NCBI GenBank assembly: GCA_951406725.2
Contig: OX597816.1
Coordinates: forward strand, 20,460,001-20,524,000
Source of the DNA: Octopus vulgaris
Taxonomy: Eukaryota
Length of the DNA stretch: 64,000 bases
Direction of reading: 5' to 3'
The number at the start of each line of letters is the position of its first letter. The stretch's first letter is position 1. The translations under genes and the position numbers were made by a program. Under the pieces are notes generated by a model. The model did not search any database, had not been told where the DNA came from, and saw nothing but the letters and a program-made list of their open reading frames with translations. Positions 1 to 11,037 of the stretch are shown here, piece by piece.

Positions 1-102
1 TACAAACTGACATTTTCATATGTATATGTGTGTACCTGTGTGTGTGTATATATGTGTATATTTATATATATTTATATACATCTTTCTCTGTCTGTCTGCC
101 TG

Positions 103-159
<57 letters not shown>

Positions 160-294
160 ATATATATACACACATGCATATAGGTAGTTGGAGAGAGAGC
201 TCAAGAGGATTATCTGTACATTTTCCTTCCTCTCTCACTCTCTCCCTTTCTCTATCTCTCTCTCCCTATACATATATATATATATATATATATA

Positions 295-418
295 TGGCCT
301 GCTCGCTTAGCCAGCGGGGTGGCGTCATTTGAAGGGTAAAACAATGCGAAGCGCATTGTGACCAGCGATGTGTAACAGCATCTGATAGCCTGGTCGGTCA
401 CGGTGATCACGGTGATAT
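295..418 (+). repeat. short interspersed fragment between (AT)n tracts, probably a retroposon 3' end
   Basis: GC-richer 120-bp island ending in tandem CACGGTGAT, flanked by (TA)n; family not identified. Confidence 0.35.
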
Positions 419-422
419 ATAT

Positions 423-465
<43 letters not shown>

Positions 466-467
<2 letters not shown>

Positions 468-697
468 GGAGTAAGCACATAAATGTGAAACAAGGTGGAA
501 AAAAGAGTATTCAAATACCAGAGGTAGTAACATGCTTTATTTAAAAGCAGCAGAAATGTAACAAAAGCTGTTACTCGGAGCTTCACGTTCCCGTTCGTCA
601 GACACAGGTTTTATTTAACAAAAACTTTCTGATGAACGGGAACGTGAAACTGCGAATAACAGCTTTTGTTACATTTCTGCTGCTTTTAAATAAAGTA

Positions 698-698
<1 letters not shown>
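466..698. mobile_element. Penelope-like terminal fragment forming a fold-back with two hammerhead motifs
   Basis: Inverted arms 532-602 and 628-698; CTGATGA-ACG-GGAA-CGT-GAAA at 629-649 (+) and CTGACGA-ACG-GGAA-CGT-GAAG on the - strand; (TA)n flanks. Confidence 0.65.
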
Positions 699-750
<52 letters not shown>

Positions 751-753
<3 letters not shown>

Positions 754-1020
754 AGAGAGTAACCACTGTTTGGTCAACTCTAGCACTAAAAATAGATCCG
801 CTAGGTTTCAGCCACAAAGAAACTTTCATCGGAAACAATTCTTTGTGGCTGAAACCTAGCGGATCTATTTTTAGTGCTAGAGTCGACCACATAATGGTTA
901 CTCTCTTATATTTATGTATAAAATTTATTGTATTCCTGGTTCTTATGCACTAAGCCACTTGGTGTTAAATGGATGTAGTATTAAATTAGTATCCAATTTT
1001 CTCACCCATTATTAGTTGAT
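751..1020. mobile_element. fold-back element in (TA)n with a degenerate hammerhead-like motif
   Basis: Inverted arms ~755-821 and ~839-906; the - strand reads CCGATGA...GAAAC. Confidence 0.5.
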
Positions 1021-1032
1021 TATATATATATA

Positions 1033-1088
<56 letters not shown>

Positions 1089-1951
1089 CTTCACTGATCG
1101 ATGAAACGGTGCCGCTTAAAACTGCTGTAATGCATTGATACCTGGACATCCTTGTTATTTACTTGCTTTTTATTCACCCAACGTCAGCTCACTGCCTTCA
1201 AGTTACGTATTTATAATACCAGCTTCAGTAAGAATAGCAAATTCAGTGAGAATAGCAAAGTACCCGCGCGCACACACACACATATACACATACAAATATA
1301 TGTTAAGCAGATATGGAAAACTGCATCTCTGCATTCCATTTTATCTGGAGATTCCATGACCACCGGAAGGATTTCTGCAATATCGAATGGAGTATCATTG
1401 TCAAAGCTCCTACGTGTTCACCAGGACGTCACAAATGCCAACCATGCCTATGCGAGAAATTACATATATTTCACCAATCCGTAGTATCTATTATCCGGAA
1501 GACTGAACAATCTTATTGTTACCACTGGAGGAACTTCAAATTAGTGGCATCCAATAATCTAGATATGCCACCTTAGGCATACTCAGGCCCGTGGTACTTA
1601 ACTTCCTGCTACTCATATAGAACACAGCTCCATCGATTCTGACAGTCCACCATCAACTCCGGTTACTTCCACGGAAAAGCTATCGCTGCTCAGCTGCCTA
1701 CCAACATCCTGACCGACATGAACAAAGACGAGATCTGATGTCGCTTCTAAACAATAACACCGCGTAACCTCAGTCGACTAATAGTGACTTAACGCTTACA
1801 AAGCCATCCTGAGTGAGTTAGATTTCCTGTTAATTAATCTCCAGATGCCTAACGAGCCACGTTCGTTCTAGGAGCCTAGGAAGCATTAAGTTGCATGGAA
1901 CGGATTCAAACATTTGTTCAAAAATATATACGCCAATATATATAATATATG

Positions 1952-2007
<56 letters not shown>

Positions 2008-2253
2008 CAGTCAGACAGACAGAGATACACACAGATATATATATATAGGTATATACAAATAAATATATGTACATACAGGTACATATACTCACACATACAC
2101 ATAAGCACGCACACACATACACACACACACATACACATATATATATACATATATCCACTAATATATACATAAATACTTACATATATATGTGTATGTGTAT
2201 GTAAGTATGTATGTATGGATGTATGATTTAGGACAATCAATAAGTTGTCATTA

Positions 2254-2310
2254 CAGTACTCGGAGTTTCGAATGCTGGAGCGAAGAGCTACGATGCATTC
2301 TCATCGGCTA
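2254..2310 (-). ncRNA. type I hammerhead ribozyme motif, U4C core variant
   Basis: Minus strand: TAG-CCGATGA-GAATG...CATTC-GAAA-CTCCGAG-TA-CTG; stems I, II and III can all form. Confidence 0.65.
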
Positions 2311-2348
2311 TTAATAGCAATAAACGCTATGATAAACGTATTGTCATT

Positions 2349-2739
2349 GTGGATTGGAAGCACTCCGTCGGTTACGACGACGAGGGTTCCGGTTGATCCG
2401 AATCAACGAAACAGCCTGCTCGTGAAATTAACGTGTATGTGGCTGAGCACTCCACAGACACGTGTACCCTTAACGTAGTTCTCGGGGATATTCAGCGTGA
2501 CACAGAGAGTGACAAGGCCGGCCCTTTGAAATACAGGTACAACAGAAACAGGAAGTAAGAGTGAGAGAAAGTTGTGGTGAAAGAGTACAGCAGGGATCAC
2601 CACCATCCCCTGCCGTAGCTGCGTGGAGCTTTAGGTGTTTTCGCTCAATAAACACTCACAACGCCCGATCTGGGAATCGAAACCGCGATCCTATGACCGC
2701 GAGTCCGCTGCCCTAACCACTGGGCCATTGCGCCTCCAC
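2349..2739 (-). mobile_element. tRNA(Arg)-like SINE, full length (family C)
   Basis: Head GGAGGCGCAATGGCCCAGTGGTTAGG (A box) and GGTTTCGATTCCC (B box); TSD TGTCATT at 2342-2348 and 2740-2746. Confidence 0.85.
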
Positions 2740-2920
2740 TGTCATTAATAGCCGACAGAAATGCATCGTAGCTCTTCGCTCCGACATTCGAAAGTCCGAG
2801 TACTATAATGACAACTTACACCTTGTTCTAAATTATACGTATATAAAGAAATAAATATTCCTGTACTTACCTAATATCGAGGTCTCATTCTTTTGTTGTT
2901 ACTTTTTATTATTACCATAT

Positions 2921-2988
<68 letters not shown>

Positions 2989-3309
2989 GTGTGTGTGTGT
3001 ATGTGTGTATGTATACATAAATATATATGTGTGTGTATATATGTTTATATATGTATATATATACGTATGTATGTATTATGCATGTATGTATGTATGTATG
3101 TATGCGTATATAGGATCCAGGGTTCTGAGTGTAAAAAGTTTGTAAGCTTCAAGCTGTAGGCGGCTTGTATAGAGAGCAAAAAGTGGAAAGTATCCGATAA
3201 GATACAATAACAATTTATTGGTCGCTAGAATTACACACTTTTTTCCTATATCGGAGTTTACAAAGAAATTCGATAAGCTGATAGTTACTATGCAACTCAG
3301 TATTAGCAA

Positions 3310-3347
<38 letters not shown>

Positions 3348-3563
3348 GATGTATACTTATCCATACCTATATACAAGTATGAGTGAGTTTTGTGTGTATA
3401 TGTGTGTATGTGTATTTATTTCTCTTCATTTTGTTGAGAAATGTGCTTCTCCAAGTAATCCAAACAAATATTTAGAGAAATATATATAACTAAACACACA
3501 CAAAGATGCGAGCGCGAATCCAAAGGATTATGCATGCGTTTGTTAATATTCCTATATATGTAA

Positions 3564-4280
3564 AGCGGCAAGCCGGCAGAAACGTTAGCACGCCGGACGA
3601 AATGCTTAGCAGTATTTCGTCTGCCGTTACGTTCTGAGTTCAAATTCCACCGAGGGAAAATTTGCCTTTCATCCTTTCGGGGTCGATTACCAGTTACGCA
3701 CTGTGGTCGATGTAATGGACTTAATACGTGTGTCTGTCCTTGCTTGTCCTCTGTGTTTAGCCCCTTGTGGGTAGTAAAGAAATAGAAATAGGTATTTCGT
3801 CTGCCGTTACGTTCTGAGTTAAAATTCCGCCGAGGTCGACTTTGCCTTTCATTCTTTCGGGGTCGATTAAATAAGTACCAGTTATGCACTGGGGTCGATA
3901 TAATCGACTTAATACGTGTGTCTGTCCTTGCTTGTCCTCTCTGTGTTTAGCCCGTTGTGAGTAGTAAAGAAAAAGGTATTTCGTCTGTCACGTTCTGAGT
4001 TCATATTCCGCCAAGTTCGATTTTGCCTTTCATCCTTTCGGAGTCGATTAAATAAGTACCAGTTACGCACTGGGAGTCGATATAATCGACTTAATCCGTT
4101 TGTCTGTCCTTGTTTGTCCTCTCTGTGTGTAGTAAAGAAATAGGTATTTCGTCTGTCTTACGTTCTGAGTTCATATTCCGCCAAGTTCGATTTTGCCTTT
4201 CATCCATTCGGGGTCGATTAAATAAGTACCAGTTACGCACTGGGATCGATGTAATCGACTTCATCCGTTTGTCTGTTCTA
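3564..4280 (+). mobile_element. Nin-domain tRNA SINE (family A), head-to-tail multimer of about 4 units
   Basis: tRNA-like head with B box GAGTTCAAATTCC; Nin-like core GCCTTTCATCCTTTCGGGGTCGATAAATTAAGTACCAG repeated. Confidence 0.85.
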
Positions 4281-4348
4281 AAGAAATTATATACCATATC
4301 GTTAATTTTTTTACGTAGTTCACGTGGTAAATATCATATATATATATA

Positions 4349-4391
<43 letters not shown>

Positions 4392-5266
4392 CATCCCGCC
4401 TCACACTCCACGCATCCACACCCCACCCCATCTACCTACACCACAAAACCACACACCAACACATCACACCACCCCACACTACTCCACACACACTAGCACT
4501 GACCACTTCCCAGCACCCACACTATCATCCGCACATACACGCACGCACACATCCACCCAAGTCAAAGCATTTCGCCCGACGTGCTAACGTTTTTGCCAGC
4601 TCGCCGTCTTACTAAAAGACGTAACAATGATACTACTAATACTTATTGTAGCTCTAGCGATAACCGAAGCATCGACGTGCATGCCAAAATGTGGTGTACA
4701 CTTCTTCCATCATTTCTCCATCAAAAACTATTTCAACTTACCACTAAAAATTAAGTACCAGGGTTTATATAAAATTTGTTTGCTTCACTTTACAACTCTG
4801 GCATTTCAGAAACTACTGCTTCGTTTCGTTTTTTGGCAGTGATCACCATAGAACGTAATTTTTTTTTTATACATTCCCGCCGATAGTTTGCTATTTTAAC
4901 AAGTTATTTGGATATACATGCTGAGTGGGCTATGGATTAAATGAAAATCGAAATGTGTTAGACGGAAAACGGAAAGTAATGGCGATACGTTCAAACAGTG
5001 GTGTAGCAAAGTAAGTTTCTTTCTGATAGTGATGGCTATAAAAGTTAGTAAAGTACGTTAAAATACTCCTCGTGTATAAAAAGCGATAAAAAAATAAGAA
5101 GTGAAATTCATTTTATTTTTATTCGTAAACTTTCAGGTTAGTATATGGATCATGTTTTTCTTTCGATTATACAACAAAATAAGGGGAAGAGGTAACTTAA
5201 AATGCAGACGTCTTTTTATAAGTATTTAAGTTTTACATCCTTACTAGTTTTGGGATCAAATCTTGC

Positions 5267-5701
5267 AGATCTTTTCGGCTTGAACGGCAGTTTTTAACAT
5301 AATTTCCACGTAACTAAACACTTTTAAACTTCGTATACTGGTAGAATGTGTTTACAAAGCATCTTTTTCTCTTGGCTTTATTGAGAAAATTCTATAGTTT
5401 GTAAGATATTTGTTTGTTTTTTTTTCTTCAATTTCTGCAATTTCAACCAATCAATTACGTCTATTCAAGTAAATAGCATTCTGTGCTCTATGAATATGCC
5501 CCTCGTTTAAGAAACAGACTGGGTTTATTTACATTTGTGAAGAAAAAAAAGATACCCTTCCCCCACCCCTAACCCTAACCTTAACTAACACTAACCCTAA
5601 AACAGATAGAAATGCAATAGATCGATACTAGGGTCATAATTATGGGTGACAATTTCATATGACACCGCTAGAAAAAACTGCCGTTCAAACCGAAAAGATC
5701 C
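5267..5701. mobile_element. non-autonomous DNA transposon (MITE; Merlin- or hAT-like)
   Basis: TIRs GATCTTTTCGGCTTGAACGGCAGTTTTT / AAAAACTGCCGTTCAAACCGAAAAGATC; 8-bp TSD AATCTTGC/AATCTCGC. Confidence 0.8.
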
Positions 5702-6012
5702 AATCTCGCCACTAGCAAATATATTATTCCTTCATCTAGGTTTTATTTGTTTTGTCCTAATCGAGAAGACAAATGATCATAGACATTCCAAACAGAACCA
5801 TCCAGGCTGTTTATCATATTACATTGTCCAATATGATTGTTTTTCTTTTTTCCACGTGGAAGTTTTAGACTGTTGGTTTCAGAAGTCGCGCACCCAGGTA
5901 AAATCTCTTTTGTTGTCTTCTCTTCAGCATAACTTCTATTGAAGGGTGTAAAATATGCATGTAGAAAAGATAGGTTTTTAAACGGACAAATTTACAGTAG
6001 CGCCTAAAATTT

Positions 6013-6060
<48 letters not shown>

Positions 6061-6220
6061 TGTGTACAGTGCTCAGATGCACTACAACTCATCTAAAGTG
6101 TATATATAATCAGGTGTAGTTTCAGCGGATTTCGGAAAGCATGAGGGCCTTAAAGGATGCAGTTTCATGGCAGTCAACAACTAACGCAGGCAGTTTATTC
6201 CATGCTTCAGCAACTCTGAA
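6061..6220 (-). mobile_element. CR1-like LINE 3' end with (ATT)n tail
   Basis: Minus strand translates RVAEAWNKLPALVVDCHETASFK; (AAT)n at 6015-6060. Confidence 0.7.
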
Positions 6221-6600
6221 GATCCCAGGCCAAAAGAGTAAAGCAATTCCTACTTATAGTAACTGACCAACAACTTTTTGATAGAACCAGTGGGATAATG
6301 TCAGTGACACGTTTTGACCCGTTGGACTATATTAGCAGTTTGATACAAAGCTAATTGCAATTTTTACCAACCAAATTTAATTGGTCCAAAATTAAGTGGA
6401 ATTTTTATAATCAAATTTAATGTTGTGTATCTCAGCAGAGATTAAATTTTATTAATCAAAGTAAAACCTGTTACAATCTGCAATTTTTTCCCCGACAAGT
6501 AACTAGTTTCATTATTCCAATAGCGTAAAATCCTGGAGCCTAGGAACAAATAAATTCTTTGAAGATGTTTGGGGTTGTTGAAAATTTTTTGCAAAAATTT

Positions 6601-6968
6601 AGGATGTGTGGTATGTAGCTTGCTTACCAACCACATAGCTCCGAGTTCAGTCTTGCTCTGTGGTACCTAGGGCAAGAGTCTTCTGCTATAGCCTCGGTCC
6701 GACCGAAGCCTTGTGAGTGGATTTGATTGATGGAAACTGAAAGAAGCCCGTCGTATATATGTGTATATATATATATATATCGCTATACAAATCCATCATT
6801 TTTTGCTAAAATGTCTTATTGGCGAGTTTCGTTTTTTTCACTTTCCTGAAGAGAAGATTGCATTGTTTATACCATTTATTCTTTTGAATAGTATCAGTGG
6901 AATTTTCGAAACATGTGTCGAAAGTAAAAATATTTGATTACACCTGCGTTAACTCCATTTTTTTATTC

Positions 6969-7040
<72 letters not shown>

Positions 7041-7258
7041 ATTTGCGTGTCTGTGTTTGTCCCCCCAGCATTGCTTGACAACCGATGTTGGTGTGTTTGT
7101 GTCCCCGTCACTTAGCGGTACGGCAAAAGAGACCGATAGAGTAAGTACTAAGCTTACAAAGAATAAGTCTCGGGGTCAAATTGCTCGACTAAAGGTGGTG
7201 CTCTAGCATGGCTGCAGTCAAATGACTGAAACAAGTAAAAGAGTAAAAAGTAAGAGTA
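6601..7258 (+). mobile_element. CORE-type tRNA SINE (family B) split by an insertion in its internal microsatellite
   Basis: Head and CORE-like segment 6601-6760; 3' half 7040-7258 ending GAAACAAGTAAAAGAG. Confidence 0.8.
6840..6925 (+). ncRNA. canonical type I hammerhead ribozyme
   Basis: Stem I ACTTTC/GAAAGT; core CTGAAGA 6846-6852; stem II GAAGATT/AATTTTC; GAAA 6908-6911; stem III AC(ATGT)GT; GTC triplet 6917-6919. Confidence 0.85.
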
Positions 7259-7329
7259 ACATACTTTATAAAGTGACAGTCCCCCAGAGAAAGATATCTG
7301 AGGAATGAACTGGGTAAACAAGGGTCCGT

Positions 7330-8560
7330 AGTGCACTTTGTTCAATTTTTACAGTCATTTGCAAGATATTTGGCCGTGCATTGTTTGGAAGAAGAATATA
7401 CATTTTTTACTTCACCAATCCTGGATGTAATCGTTGCAGATCTCGAAGCATTTTGACGATTTCCACCTTATAAATCCTTGCTATTATTCACCAAATGAAA
7501 GAAATTTTGAATGAGTCCCAGTGCCATCCACTAATGACCAATTCTTACTCTTGATGTTGTCGCCGTTACAGTATTTCTCGGTGGTCCAGGTACTGCGAAG
7601 AAGTATTGACTTGTCGCAATGTAGAATTTATTTTTGCCATGTCACAACCCGTCCAAGAAACATAGAGTAGAAAGGCGGCGAGCTGGCAGAATCGTTTGCA
7701 CGCCGGGCGAAATACGTAGCCGTATTTCGTCTTCCGTTACGTTCTGAGTTCAAATTCCGCCCAGGTCGACTTTGCCTTTCATCCTTTCGGGGTCTATAAA
7801 TTAAGTACCAGTTACGCACTGGGGTCGATGCAATCGACTTAATCCGTTTGTCTATCCTTGTTTGTCCTCTCTGTGTTTAGCCCCTTGTGGGCAGTAAAGA
7901 AATAGGTATTTCGTCTGCCGTTACGTTCTGAGTTCAAATTCCGCCGAGGTCGATTTTGCCTTTCATCCTTTCGGGGTCGATAAATTAAGTACCAGTTACG
8001 CACTGGGGTCGATGTAATCGACTTAATCCGTTTGTCTGTCCTTGTTTGTCCTTTCTGTGTTTAGCCCCTTGTGGGCAATAAAGAAATAAGAAACATATAG
8101 TAGAAGTGGGTACACAAAAGAAACGTTGAGCAGATTTATTTAACGACCTTTTCCTCAGCTCACGTAATATCCTATTCTAGGAATTCTTTTGACTTTCTAG
8201 TGTGGTGCATTGAATGTTGGACGATCAACAGTTGAGCTATTTTTCAATAACGACGCTTAAATCATCATTAACAAAGGCTGATGATCGTTCGGAGCCTTCA
8301 TTTTCAAGGTTCTCGTCTCCAATAAGAAATTTTGGGAATATTGCTGAGTCGGCAGTTTTTGAAGGATGATTTGGTTAAATGTTTGCTTGGTATTTCGAAT
8401 AGTCTACATTAATTTGCGTTCTATTTAATCGAATACCATAAAATCACTAGAATTTGCTACCCTCCTGTCTTAAATTTCACCGCCTAAAATAAACAAGAAT
8501 AGCGAAAGCAAAACCACTAGCCGGAAACGTTTCCAAATGGTATATTACAGGAACGTAGTA
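7330..8560 (-). pseudogene. highly degenerate mariner-type transposase remnant
   Basis: Minus-strand segment KFLIGDENLENEGSERSSAFVNDDL resembles the mariner HTH/linker; many stops; interrupted by a SINE. Confidence 0.45.
7673..8089 (+). mobile_element. Nin-domain SINE (family A) dimer
   Basis: Head GGCGGCGAGCTGGCAGAATCG; two body units; TSD AAGAAACATA(G/T)AGTAGAA on both sides. Confidence 0.9.
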
Positions 8561-9055
8561 AAATAGCATTTAATTCTGAAATATACGTCAAAATTTAAAA
8601 GAACAAAAATTTTAAATAGTTTTTCACCACTCTGCATGTTATCCAGGAAGTGAGTAAATTCTTCAAAGGGAATGTTAGTAATTCAATATACATTTTTTTT
8701 CTTCAAACACGATGCTTATATATTTCATGACAAAGTTACAAGGGTCATTTTAATTCTTAAACTATACCGGTGTTTTGATGTTATAAGTAAATAATTTCAC
8801 ATCATATTTTTTTTTGTACTAATTACCTGTACTCCATGATCACTATAACCAGCTATAGTAACATTGTAACATGTAGCATTGGAATTAAATGCGTAATAGT
8901 ATTTTTTTCCAAGCAACTGATTTGCAGTATAATGGAAACACGTATGGAGTTCTAACTCGACGTTTATTTATCAATCCATTGAATAGGCACGTATATAGCT
9001 TTGTTGTACATGTGTAGCTGGCTGGATAAAATAGGAAAACCTGGGTCACAACTGT

Positions 9056-9106
<51 letters not shown>

Positions 9107-9182
9107 ATAAATATTAGGAATGAATCCAAAATTACAGGGAAAAATCAGATTTAGGGTTAAATCCAATTTTATAGTAAAATAT

Positions 9183-9349
9183 TATATAATATAATTCGAG
9201 ACAAACCACTATTTTAAAACCAAACAAGAAAAGACTTAATCAATACATAAAATTTTAATATAATTTAATATATTTAATTTATATTAAAATTTTATGTATT
9301 GATTAAGTCTTTTCTTGTTTGGTTTTAAAATAGTGGTTTTGTCTCGAAT

Positions 9350-9360
<11 letters not shown>
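9183..9360. repeat. AT-rich near-perfect inverted repeat between (TA)n tracts
   Basis: Arms ~9183-9263 and ~9277-9360. Confidence 0.85.
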
Positions 9361-9401
<41 letters not shown>

Positions 9402-10211
9402 CCGGTGTTTATTCAAAGCGATGAATACCTTTCACGAAACCATGGCATGCTTTGCTTTCTGACTTTTTAATCAGCTCATAATAACGACTTTTATGACTCT
9501 TATTACTACCTCAGTCCATCTAAATGTATATATCTGTCGTTACCTTTCATAAAAAGCCTTTTCTTTTTTTATTTACAATGTGCATTTTCGTTGATTTTTC
9601 TTATTTTCCCCCTATATATATATATATGTGTGTATATATATATATTATAGAAACATATTGTAGGACTAAGTGCATTTCTTCGATTGTGAGTTGTTTCTAT
9701 TTTTTGTTTTTTCTTTGTTTTTTTTTTATCTTACACGTTCAAAAGGTTTCATGTCAATAAACAACCGTAAAAGGAAATTATCTAATAATAACTCTTTCAA
9801 ATATATTTTGAATTCGCAGAAAGTTTAAATGCATTCTTTGAAATAGCATTTTAAAAAAATTATATTTACATCGATTATGAAAAATATGTTGCGATATAGT
9901 GCGCAAGTAACTTAGTTATATATGTAACTATCTCTTCTATATTGTATGTGATAGTTCGTTCTGTTATCTCGCAGGTGTCACGTACACATATACATAAAAA
10001 TAATTAAATATAGGTACTGGAAAATTAATTTTCATATATAGATATACACATACAGTAACAATATAACTTTGCATGGGTATATATGTATGTGTAATTATAT
10101 GCGTGTGCATACATACACACACATATATATGTACTTTTCATTTAATTTTCTATCGAATTGCTCTGTTTTTAAGTAGATATCTTCATTATTTTTTATTAAC
10201 TCACTAACACT

Positions 10212-10405
10212 TTTACTCTTTTACTTGTTTCAGTCATTTGACTGCGGCCAGGACTTATTCTTTGTAAGCCTAGTCCTTATTTTATCGGTCTCTTTTGCCG
10301 AACTGCTAAGTTACGGGGACGTAAACACACCAGCATCGGTTGTCACGCGATGTTGGGGGAGGGGGGCAAACACAGACACACAAACATTTACACACACATA
10401 CATAC

Positions 10406-10444
<39 letters not shown>

Positions 10445-10615
10445 GGCACATGAGTGGCTGTGTGGTAAGTAGCCTGCTAACTAACCACATGGTTCCGGGT
10501 TCAGTCCCACTGCGTGGCATCTTGGGCAAGTGTCTTCTGCTATAGCCCCGGGCCGACCAATGCCTTGTGAGTGGATTTGGTAGACGGAAACTGAAAGAAG
10601 CCTGTCGTATATATG

Positions 10616-10656
<41 letters not shown>

Positions 10657-11037
10657 TTGTGTGTCTGTGTTTGTACCCCTAGCATTGCTTGACAACCGAT
10701 GCTGGTGTGTTTACGTCCCCGTCACTTAGCGGTTTGGAAAAACAGACCGATAGAATAAGTACTGGGCTTACAAAGAATATGTCCCGAGGTCGATTTGCTC
10801 GACTAAAGGCGGTGCTCCAGCATGGCCGCAGTCAAATGACTGAAACAAGTAAAAGAGTATATATACATATGTACGACGGGCTTCTTTCAGTTTCCGTCTA
10901 CCAAATCCACTCACAAGGCTTTGGTCGCCCCGAGGCTTTAGTAAAAGACACTTGCCCAAGGTGCCACGCAGTGGGAGTCAACCTGAAACCATGTAGCTGG
11001 TAAGCAAGCTACTTACCACACAGCCTCTCCTGCGCCT
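10212..11037. mobile_element. cluster of family B CORE-type SINEs: a + copy (10443-10858) nested in a - copy (10212-10400 and 10870-11037)
   Basis: A/B-box head, GTGGCA(T/C)CTTGGGCAAGTGTCTT core, internal microsatellite and conserved tail. Confidence 0.85.

Larger units (their letters stand above)
2221..2838. mobile_element. Penelope-like fold-back with hammerhead motifs, loop interrupted by a SINE
   Basis: Inverted arms ~2221-2316 and ~2744-2838. Confidence 0.65.

Noticed and set aside
1090-1110. CTGATCGATGAAAC resembling a collapsed hammerhead
   Set aside because: No stem II and the core spacing is wrong
1807-1865. CTGAGTGA-GTTAG...CTAAC-GAGC hammerhead-like arrangement
   Set aside because: The core has an insertion, GAAA is absent and stems I and III are unsupported
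16-3309. Numerous YIYI/VCVC/ERER ORFs here and throughout the window
   Set aside because: Translations of dinucleotide and trinucleotide microsatellites, not genes
8917-8948. CTGATTT...GAAACACGTA
   Set aside because: G8/A9 are missing and there is no stem II
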